64,000 bases of DNA from NCBI GenBank assembly GCA_029077825.1, contig JAQNCT010000005.1, positions 5,226 to 69,225 on the forward strand, in the 5' to 3' direction. Numbering within the stretch: position 1 is the stretch's first letter; each line of letters opens with the position of its first letter. The translations under genes were made by a program, and so were the position numbers. The DNA comes from Acidocella sp. (GTDB lineage: Bacteria > Pseudomonadota > Alphaproteobacteria > Acetobacterales > Acetobacteraceae). The notes beneath the pieces are model-generated. The model saw nothing but the letters and a program-made list of their open reading frames with translations, was not told the DNA's origin and did not search any database. Positions 57,310-64,000 of the stretch are shown here, piece after piece.

Positions 57310-58251
57310 TTATTCCAGCCACGCCACCAAAGCCGAGACGGTGATGAGCGATAATACGGTAGAGACCAATATGGCGCGTGAGGTGATGGCAGCCTCGCGG
57401 TTATACAGCTTGGCCAGCATGAACGGCCCTGTGCCAATGGGCAGCGCACTGAGAATAAGCGCGGTGTGTGACCATACCGTCGGCATGCTGAATAATTTAA
57501 ACGCAATGATGTAGGTAATAGCTGGCTGCACCAGCAATTTTAGCCCCACCAGCCGGGCGATGAGTGCGTTGTTGTTGGCAGGCTCTGATTGCGCCAGAAA
57601 CAGCCCGATGGTAACCAGCGCGCAGGGTGAAGCCGCACCCCCCAGCAGGCTGGTATAGCGCAGCACCGGCGCTGGCAGGGTGAACCCGGTTTTTGCATGC
57701 AGCACCGCCACCGCCACCCCCAGCACGGGTGCCACCAGCAGCGGGTTGCGCGCCAATGAACGCGCCACCTTGCCAAGTGAAGCGGCAAATTGCGGGGTGT
57801 GGGCGAGGTCTGTTTCAATTAAAATAATGGCAACGGCGAACAGCACGCAGGCGGTGAGGATGGTGGCAATGATGGCGGGCACTAGCGATGCCTGGCCCAA
57901 CGCCGCCAGGCACAGCGGAATGCCCATGAAGCCGGTGTTGGCGTAAGCGGCATCCAGCCCCTCGATACTGCGGTCCGCCAGCCGGTGGTGTGCGCGCGTA
58001 CCCAGCATGAATGAGAGCCCAAAGGTAAGCATCATGCCGCCGGTGAAGGCCAGCAAAAACCCAGGTTGTCCAAAGGCGGCGGCGGTAATGCCCGCCATGC
58101 CCTGAAACAACAAAGCCGGGAGCGCCAGCCAGACAACAAAATTATTCAGGCTTTCGGTAGCGGCCACGCCCAGAATATTGCGCCGTGCACAAATATAGCC
58201 GGTGAGAATGAGCGCAAATATCGGAAATACCGAGGTTAAAACAATCGCCAT
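57310..58251 (-). CDS. AEC (auxin efflux carrier) family transporter
   Basis: 313 aa, about 10 TM segments, with a typical AEC N-terminus MAIVLTSVFPIFALILTGY. Confidence 0.8.
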   Translation of the reverse strand: MAIVLTSVFPIFALILTGYICARRNILGVAATESLNNFVVWLALPALLFQGMAGITAAAFGQPGFLLAFTGGMMLTFGLSFMLGTRAHHRLADRSIEGLDAAYANTGFMGIPLCLAALGQASLVPAIIATILTACVLFAVAIILIETDLAHTPQFAASLGKVARSLARNPLLVAPVLGVAVAVLHAKTGFTLPAPVLRYTSLLGGAASPCALVTIGLFLAQSEPANNNALIARLVGLKLLVQPAITYIIAFKLFSMPTVWSHTALILSALPIGTGPFMLAKLYNREAAITSRAILVSTVLSLITVSALVAWLE

Positions 58252-58315
58252 GCCGTGTTGTCCCGCATGGCACCAAGTGCGGCAAGGGGGCTAGCGCCTC
58301 CTCCTCGCCCTCACC

Positions 58316-58378
58316 CGTCAGTCTCGCGCCCCACCCGTCAGTCTCTTCTTTCTCCCGTCAGTCTCGCGCAGGCGAGAC
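58316..58378. repeat. REP-like cluster: two half-copies CCGTCAGTCTC... and the hairpin CGTCAGTCTCGCGCAGGCGAGAC (58356-58378)
   Basis: Read directly from the sequence. The stem variant GTCTCGC/GCGAGAC is shared by the local half-copies. Confidence 0.8.
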
Positions 58379-58430
58379 CCTTCTTGCTCCCTGCTTCCCC
58401 CCGCTCATCGTTATTGCGACCTGAGCAAAA

Positions 58431-58544
58431 AAATTTATTCAGGCTTTCGGTGGCGGCCCGGCGAAGTATATCGCATCGCGCGCTAACATAGCCGTTAAGA
58501 AACAGCGCAGAAATTGGGAACGCCGCGTTTAAAACAATGGCCAT
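58431..58544 (-). pseudogene. Duplicated, diverged 5' fragment (about 38 codons) of the AEC transporter gene
   Basis: MAIVLNAAFPISALFLNGYVSARCDILRRAATESLNKF aligns with MAIVLTSVFPIFALILTGYICARRNILGVAATESLNNF of the intact gene. DNA similarity continues about 30 bp upstream of both ATGs. Confidence 0.75.
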
Positions 58545-58619
58545 GCTATATTGTTTTGCATGGTGGCGGGTGCGGTGAAGTGTGTATGTGCTGTTGTGAA
58601 GGGACTGGATAGACGTGTG

Positions 58620-59222
58620 TCAGACTTCAATACGAACTTTAAGTAGACAGCCAGAAACATCTTCGGTTAGGACAATTACGCATCCATACGGATTGTTGTC
58701 TTTTACCTCAAAGTGAGGAGGAGCGCGACCCTCTAACTCCACATGAAATTGGCGGACTGCCACAGGGTTGATATAAATCAAAAAAAGAACACAGCAAGAT
58801 TGGGTCCTTAACAGCTCTTTCCCTTGCGCATCGACCATCGCAATAACGCCTATTGGCAGCATGTGCCATTGTTGGATATTGTGATATTTTTTGCCTGTAG
58901 CTACCCCGCTTGCAGACAAAGATAGATCCAAAATAACATCTTCTTTGTCCCATTTGGTCTTTTGAGGAAAAAAATAGACAGCCCAGAGCGTTCCCACGAC
59001 ACCCATAAGAATATATGACAGCGGCCAAAACCAAAATGTGTGAGTCATGAGCGCTAGGTAAGCCATCGTTGGTTCAACTATTGTCACTGCACTTTGTATC
59101 CACCCATATTTCGCAGCTAAAGCGCCGACAAAGTCTTGGAGCAGGGCGGAGGCTGGAATAAATAGAAATATTGTTGAGATAATCCGGGGAGAAGAAATTC
59201 GACTCAGCGAGGAATGTTTCAT
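58620..59222 (-). CDS. Orphan hypothetical membrane protein encoded in a low-GC islet
   Basis: 200-aa ORF with two or three N-terminal hydrophobic segments and a C-terminal soluble part. I recognise no motif. Composition is clearly AT-richer than the flanks. Confidence 0.5.
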   Translation of the reverse strand: MKHSSLSRISSPRIISTIFLFIPASALLQDFVGALAAKYGWIQSAVTIVEPTMAYLALMTHTFWFWPLSYILMGVVGTLWAVYFFPQKTKWDKEDVILDLSLSASGVATGKKYHNIQQWHMLPIGVIAMVDAQGKELLRTQSCCVLFLIYINPVAVRQFHVELEGRAPPHFEVKDNNPYGCVIVLTEDVSGCLLKVRIEV

Positions 59223-59521
59223 TTTAATTTTTTACTATTGAATTCACTGTGAGTCGAACCCCAGCCCGTGACGTTGTTTAGTGTTTGTATCGAATTGTGT
59301 TTATTGCATTTGTATATACGATGCATATCTCCGGGCAAAACTAGCTAGGCGTCGACATAGAAAAATGATTCCTTGTGCACGCCGCAGATGGTGGCGTGCG
59401 CTCCCTGCCCCCCCCCACCCATTGCCACCTACCTGCCCCGCGCCGGGATAATTGCCCCCTGCCCCGCCCGGTTGTATGACCCCATCCGCAACAAACTGCT
59501 GCCCACAGGGGAACCCGCGCC

Positions 59522-60916
59522 ATGGCTGACCAGAATTTTGACGTGATCATCATCGGCTCCGGCCCTGGCGGCTATGTGGCGGCCATACGGGCGGCGCAGT
59601 TGGGGCTTAAAACCGCCTGTGTTGAAAAACGCGCCACCCTGGGCGGCACCTGCCTGAACATCGGCTGCATCCCCTCCAAGGCGCTGCTGCAATCCTCGGA
59701 AAACTTCCACGAAATCAGCCATTCAGCCGCTGAGCACGGCATCAATGTGGGGTCGATCGCGCTGGATTTAGCCCGGATGCAGGCCCGCAAGGGTGAGGTG
59801 GTGGGCGCCAATACCAAGGGTGTGGAGTTTCTGTTCAAAAAGAACAAAGTCACCTGGATTAAGGGTGAGGCAAAATTCACCAGCCCCACCGCCATTGAGG
59901 TAGCGGGCAGCGCCTACACGGCAAAGAACTTCATCATCGCCACCGGCAGTGATTCCGTGCCTTTGAAGGGCGTTGCGGTGGATGAGACGCGCATTGTCAC
60001 CTCCACCGGTGCGCTGGAGCTGAACGCGGTGCCCAAGCATTTGGTGGTGATCGGCGGCGGGGTGATCGGGCTGGAGCTAGGCTCCGTCTGGCGGCGCTTA
60101 GGGGCTGAGGTGACGGTGGTGGAATTCCTCGACCGCATTACCCCCACCATGGATGCGGAAGTTTCCTCCGCGTTCCAGAAAATTCTGGCCAAACAGGGGT
60201 TTGTGTTCAAGTTGAGCGCCAAGGTGACGGGTGCGATTCTCACTGAAACGGGCGTGAGCCTGAGCGTGGAGCCGGCCAAGGGCGGGCCAGCGGAAACCAT
60301 CGCGGCTGACGTGGTGCTGCTCGCCATCGGCCGTTACGCCTACACGGCGGGGCTGAACCTGGAAGCCGCCGGGGTGGCGGTTGATGAACGCGGCCGGGTA
60401 AAAACGGATGCGCATTTCGCCACCAACGTGCCGGGCATTTACGCCATCGGCGATGTCATCACCGGCCCGATGCTGGCCCATAAAGCTGAGGATGAGGGCG
60501 TTGCCATTGCGGAGCGTCTGGCCGGCCAGGCCGGGCATGTGAATTATAACGCCATCCCCAGCGTGGTTTACACCTGGCCGGAAGTTGCCTCGGTGGGCAA
60601 AACCGAGGAGGAGCTGAAGGCCGAGGGCGTGGCTTACAAGGTAGGTAAATTCCCCTTCACCGCCAATGGCCGGGCGCGCGCCATGGGGGCCATGGATGGG
60701 TTTGTGAAAATTCTGGCCGATGCCAAAACTGACCTTTTGTTAGGCGCGCATATCCTCGGGCCGGATGCCGGCACGCTGATCGCCGAGCTGACCACCGCCA
60801 TTGAGTTTGGCGCCTCAGCTGAGGATGTGGCGCGGATCTGCCATGCTCACCCCACTTTGAGTGAATCAGTGAAGGAAGCGGCCCTGGCGGTTGAGGGCCG
60901 CGCCCTACATATCTAA
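59522..60916 (+). CDS. lpdA: Dihydrolipoyl dehydrogenase
   Basis: 464 aa with [15 protein letters not shown], the redox centre [13 protein letters not shown] and a C-terminal HAHPTLSE. Confidence 0.95.
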   Translation: MADQNFDVIIIGSGPGGYVAAIRAAQLGLKTACVEKRATLGGTCLNIGCIPSKALLQSSENFHEISHSAAEHGINVGSIALDLARMQARKGEVVGANTKGVEFLFKKNKVTWIKGEAKFTSPTAIEVAGSAYTAKNFIIATGSDSVPLKGVAVDETRIVTSTGALELNAVPKHLVVIGGGVIGLELGSVWRRLGAEVTVVEFLDRITPTMDAEVSSAFQKILAKQGFVFKLSAKVTGAILTETGVSLSVEPAKGGPAETIAADVVLLAIGRYAYTAGLNLEAAGVAVDERGRVKTDAHFATNVPGIYAIGDVITGPMLAHKAEDEGVAIAERLAGQAGHVNYNAIPSVVYTWPEVASVGKTEEELKAEGVAYKVGKFPFTANGRARAMGAMDGFVKILADAKTDLLLGAHILGPDAGTLIAELTTAIEFGASAEDVARICHAHPTLSESVKEAALAVEGRALHI

Positions 60917-60919
60917 GTC

Positions 60920-61648
60920 ATGACAAATTATATCAGGCTCGGCGTAAACATCGACCATGTGGCCACCTTGCGCAACGCGCGCGGCGGCACCCACCCTGAC
61001 CCGTTTACCATTGCGCAGGCGTGCGTGGCGGCGGGGGCGGATGGCATCACCATTCACTTACGCGAAGACCGCCGCCATATTCGGGATGCGGATGCCATTA
61101 AAATTTGTGCGGAAATCCCAGCGCCGATTAATTTAGAGATGGCCGCCACTGAGGAGATGACAACCATCGCCTGCCGGCTGAGGCCGCACGGTGTGTGCAT
61201 TGTGCCAGAACGCCGACTGGAAATTACCACCGAGGGCGGGCTGGATGTGGTAAAATTTCATGCGCAACTCAAACCATTGATCGCGCGGTTGAATGATTCT
61301 GGCATTGTGGTTTCGTTGTTCATTGACCCTGACCTTGACCAGCTCGAAGCCGCCCTGGAGGCCGGGGCCGCGGTGGTGGAGCTGCACACCGGCGCTTATG
61401 CCAACCATAAAGCCGGGGAGCTGGCCCGCCTTGCCAATGCTGCGGCGTTTTCAAACAAGCTGGGGCTGGAATGCCATGCCGGGCACGGACTGACCTATGA
61501 GAACGTGACCCCGGTTGCCGCCTTGCCGGAAATTCGTGAGCTGAACATCGGGCATTATCTGATGGGTGAAGCGCTGCTGGTGGGCCTGCCGCAAACCATC
61601 AGGCATATGCAGGCGCTGATGGCAGCCGCGCGCAGCGGTGGCGCGTAA
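60920..61648 (+). CDS. pdxJ: Pyridoxine 5'-phosphate synthase
   Basis: 242 aa with LGVNIDHVATLRNARG, HLREDRRHI and ELHTG. Confidence 0.94.
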   Translation: MTNYIRLGVNIDHVATLRNARGGTHPDPFTIAQACVAAGADGITIHLREDRRHIRDADAIKICAEIPAPINLEMAATEEMTTIACRLRPHGVCIVPERRLEITTEGGLDVVKFHAQLKPLIARLNDSGIVVSLFIDPDLDQLEAALEAGAAVVELHTGAYANHKAGELARLANAAAFSNKLGLECHAGHGLTYENVTPVAALPEIRELNIGHYLMGEALLVGLPQTIRHMQALMAAARSGGA

Positions 61649-61699
61649 CTGTAGTTAGTCAGGCTTAACCCCCCCTCACCCGTGTGGCTGGCTACGCGC

Positions 61700-63580
61700 T
61701 TAGCGGCCCGCAAACGCCGCGGTAATTTGCTCCAGCACCGCCGGGTCCTCGATGGTGGCGGGCACGGCCACCACCTCACCATTGGCGATTTTGCGCATGG
61801 TGGCGCGCAGAATTTTACCAGAGCGGGTTTTGGGCAAACGCGGCACCACCAGCGCGTCCTTAAAGGCGGCCACGGGGCCAATTTTTTCACGCACCAGGGC
61901 GACGAGTTCACGCTGCACATCCAACGGGTCGCGGTTGCAGCCGGCCTTTAGCACCACCAGCCCGAACGGAATTTCACCCTTCAGCGCATCAGCCTTGGCA
62001 ATCACGGCGCATTCCGCAACATCAATATGCCCCGCCAGCACCTCTTCCATGGTGCCGGTGGACAGCCGGTGCCCAGCGACGTTGATGACATCATCGGTGC
62101 GGCCCATCACCCATACATCGCCGTCCTCATCCACCATCCCGGCATCACCGGTGCGGTACCAGCCAGGAAAGCTGTTGAGGTAGGCGTTACGGTAGCCTTG
62201 TTCATTTTCCCACAGGGTTGGTCCACAGCCAGGCGGCAATGGTAGTTTGATCGACAGGTTGCCAATGGTGCCAGGGGCCAGCAATTCACCCGCGTCATCA
62301 AGTGCATGCACATCATAGCCCGGGCAGGGGCGCCCCCCCGAGCCGGGTTTGAACGCGGTGAGGCCCAACCCCAAAAACCGCGCCGTGATCGGCCAGCCGG
62401 TTTCAGTTTGCCACCAATTATCAATTACGGGTTTTTGCAATAATTCCTGAATCCAGATGGCGGTTGGCGGGTCGCACCGCTCCCCGGCCAGAAACAGCGC
62501 CTGGCAGCCGGAAATATCATAATTGGCAATCAATTTGCCTTCCGGGTCCTGCTGCTTAATGGCGCGCAATGCGGTGGGGGCAGTGAACAGGGTTTTCACT
62601 TTATGCTGTGCCGCCACCCGCCAGAACGCCCCGGCATCTGGCGTGCCCACGGGCTTGCCTTCATACATCACGGCGGTAACACCAGCCAGCAACGGCGCAT
62701 ACACGATATAGGAATGCCCAACCGCCCAGCCAACATCAGCCGCGGCCCACAGCACCTCACCGGGTTTCACGCCAAACACCATCTCAACCGTGGCGTTCAG
62801 GGCCACCGCATGGCCGCCATTGTCACGCACCACACCCTTGGGGCGGCCGGTGGTGCCGGAGGTGTATAAAATATACAGCGGGTCAGTGGCCAATACGCTC
62901 ACCGGGGCATGGGGTGCGGCGGCTGCCTCAGCCTCAATGAAATCATGGTCCAGCCCGGCCACCATGGTTGCCCGCGCGGCGTTGCGCTGAAATATCAGGC
63001 AGGCGCTGGGCTTATGGGTGGACAGCCCGATCGCCATATCCAAAATCGGTTTATAGGCCACCACCCGCCCGGGCTCTAACCCGCAGGAGGCCGCAACAAT
63101 CACTTTGGGTTTGGCATCATTGATGCGGGCGGCAAGTTCGGGGGCGGCAAAGCCGCCAAACACCATGGAATGAATAGCCCCAAGCCGCGCACAGGCCAGC
63201 ATGGTGAAGGCGGCCTCTGGCACCATCGGCATATAGCCCACCACCCGGTCACCTTTGGTAACGCCAAGGGCTGCCAATGCGCCGGCAATTTTTTCAACCC
63301 GGGCGAGGGCCTGGCTGTAAGTAATATGTTCAAGCCGGCCTTCCATCGGGCTGTCCCAGATCAGCGCTACCCGCGCGCCGTGGCCAGCCTTCACATGGCG
63401 GTCCAGGCAATTAAAGGAGGTGTTTAGCATGGCGCCAGGAAACCACGCGCCGTAGGGGCCGCTGGCGGGTTCAAAAATTTTGGTGGGGGGAACATCCCAA
63501 TCGATCAGTTTGGCGCATTCAGCCCAATAGGCTTCAGGGGCCTGCTGCCATTGGCCATAGACTGCGGCGTAATCAACCAT
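61700..63580 (-). CDS. prpE: AMP-forming acyl-CoA synthetase of the Acs/PrpE family (propionate--CoA ligase-like)
   Basis: About 626 aa counted from ATG 63580 (GGAGGA RBS upstream). It has the YTSGTTGRPKG AMP-binding motif, and the N-terminus and length are PrpE-like. Confidence 0.7.
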   Translation of the reverse strand: MVDYAAVYGQWQQAPEAYWAECAKLIDWDVPPTKIFEPASGPYGAWFPGAMLNTSFNCLDRHVKAGHGARVALIWDSPMEGRLEHITYSQALARVEKIAGALAALGVTKGDRVVGYMPMVPEAAFTMLACARLGAIHSMVFGGFAAPELAARINDAKPKVIVAASCGLEPGRVVAYKPILDMAIGLSTHKPSACLIFQRNAARATMVAGLDHDFIEAEAAAAPHAPVSVLATDPLYILYTSGTTGRPKGVVRDNGGHAVALNATVEMVFGVKPGEVLWAAADVGWAVGHSYIVYAPLLAGVTAVMYEGKPVGTPDAGAFWRVAAQHKVKTLFTAPTALRAIKQQDPEGKLIANYDISGCQALFLAGERCDPPTAIWIQELLQKPVIDNWWQTETGWPITARFLGLGLTAFKPGSGGRPCPGYDVHALDDAGELLAPGTIGNLSIKLPLPPGCGPTLWENEQGYRNAYLNSFPGWYRTGDAGMVDEDGDVWVMGRTDDVINVAGHRLSTGTMEEVLAGHIDVAECAVIAKADALKGEIPFGLVVLKAGCNRDPLDVQRELVALVREKIGPVAAFKDALVVPRLPKTRSGKILRATMRKIANGEVVAVPATIEDPAVLEQITAAFAGR

Positions 63581-63640
63581 TTTGGTGTCCTCCAATTATT
63601 TGGGCAATTATTTTTTTGGCAGTTATTTTACCGCATTATA

Positions 63641-63676
63641 AAACGCAAAACGGGGGCGGTGAAACACCGCCCCCGT
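63641..63676 (-). terminator. Rho-independent terminator of the satP-like gene
   Basis: ACGGGGGCGGTG-AAA-CACCGCCCCCGT is a perfect 12-bp stem (63650-63676). On the minus strand it is followed by TTTGCGTTTT. Confidence 0.75.
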
Positions 63677-63698
63677 CCCATAATCATATTAAGTTAGA

Positions 63699-64000
63699 TT
63701 AGCGTGCGCCAACGGGGAGCACGGTTTTGCCATGTGCCTCATTGATCACTTCAGCAGCGCCCAGATAGAAGGCAAGTGCTGCGGTGATCAAACCACCATA
63801 GCCGCCCAGCATGCCAAGGGTCGGGATGCCCAACAGGTCTTTGCCAGCCAACAAAAAGAAAGTTGGAACCAGCGCTGTGAACACCAGGAACAAGGCGCGG
63901 TTGAGCGCAAAGGTGCCAACCCACATCACAGTGGTGAACAAGCCCCAGGCGAACAGGTACCAGCCAACAGCCTCACCGGTGACGCCCGTTGCAAAGAATT
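63699..64000 (-). CDS. GPR1/FUN34/YaaH-family acetate/succinate transporter (SatP-like); partial, 5' end outside the window
   Basis: The C-terminal sequence ...GWYLFAWGLFTTVMWVGTF...AALAFYLGAAEVINEAHGKTVLPVG is typical of the family. The reading frame stays open to the window edge. Confidence 0.75.
   Translation of the reverse strand, partial: FFATGVTGEAVGWYLFAWGLFTTVMWVGTFALNRALFLVFTALVPTFFLLAGKDLLGIPTLGMLGGYGGLITAALAFYLGAAEVINEAHGKTVLPVGAR

Noticed and set aside
59251-59262. A tRNA fragment or att site: GAGTCGAACCCC is the reverse complement of the tRNA-Arg T-arm segment at 56028-56039.
   Set aside because: The match is only 12 nt, it is inverted rather than direct, and the flanking bases do not complete a T-stem or acceptor stem. 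That is insufficient to call an integration scar, so it is mentioned only as context for the low-GC islet.
1-64000. A search for a defence, mobile or otherwise novel multi-gene system: CRISPR-Cas, restriction-modification, toxin-antitoxin, retrons, integrases, transposases, phage genes and secretion systems.
   Set aside because: Every ORF of 150 aa or more on the preferred strand can be read as a housekeeping or common accessory gene. I see no nuclease, reverse transcriptase, integrase, transposase or phage motifs. The prompt's suggestion of an undescribed system cannot be supported beyond the individual oddities listed as findings.

Overview
The window reads as an origin-proximal, mostly housekeeping segment of an alphaproteobacterial chromosome, about 58-60% G+C by eye. 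Gene order is: parB-parA-rsmG-mnmG (minus strand), rpmI-rplT, and a DUF299 kinase divergent from hemE across an AT-rich spacer with clustered DnaA boxes (probable oriC). Then come hemE-hemH-HAD-hemJ, rho, ahcY, hrcA/rph/rdgB, a dsbD-like gene, hrpB, zapE, ogt, qor, mreC-mreD-mrdA-rodA, murI and leuS-lptE-holA. These are followed by a Crp-family regulator, a nikR/NiCoT nickel locus, ffh, rpsP-rimM-trmD-rplS, leuCDB, tRNA-Arg(ACG), lpdA, pdxJ and an acyl-CoA synthetase/SatP pair. I see no CRISPR array, IS element or transposase, integrase, prophage, toxin-antitoxin pair or recognisable defence system, and I will not claim one. The non-core or unusual content is as follows. (1) A 1438-aa two-module beta-helix-like repeat protein ends in a Hint autoprocessing domain and has no signal peptide and no neighbouring secretion genes. 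(2) A family of REP-like GC hairpins flanked by GTCAT/ATGAC occurs at seven or more loci. Stem changes are compensatory and cluster-specific. The elements are associated with duplicated gene ends (rdgB 3' end, AEC transporter 5' end), and one cluster lies inside the 5' coding region of trmD. (3) The nickel locus has a perfect GTATGA-N16-TCATAC NikR box over the NiCoT promoter, and a 31%-His 70-aa protein and a VirK/DUF535 gene lie nearby. (4) A low-GC orphan membrane-protein islet lies between the AEC transporter and lpdA. (5) There is a 2OG-oxygenase/GT2/TVP38 operon. (6) A secreted protein carries three C-x28-C repeats. All functional calls come from reading the ORF translations for motifs. 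No database search was possible.
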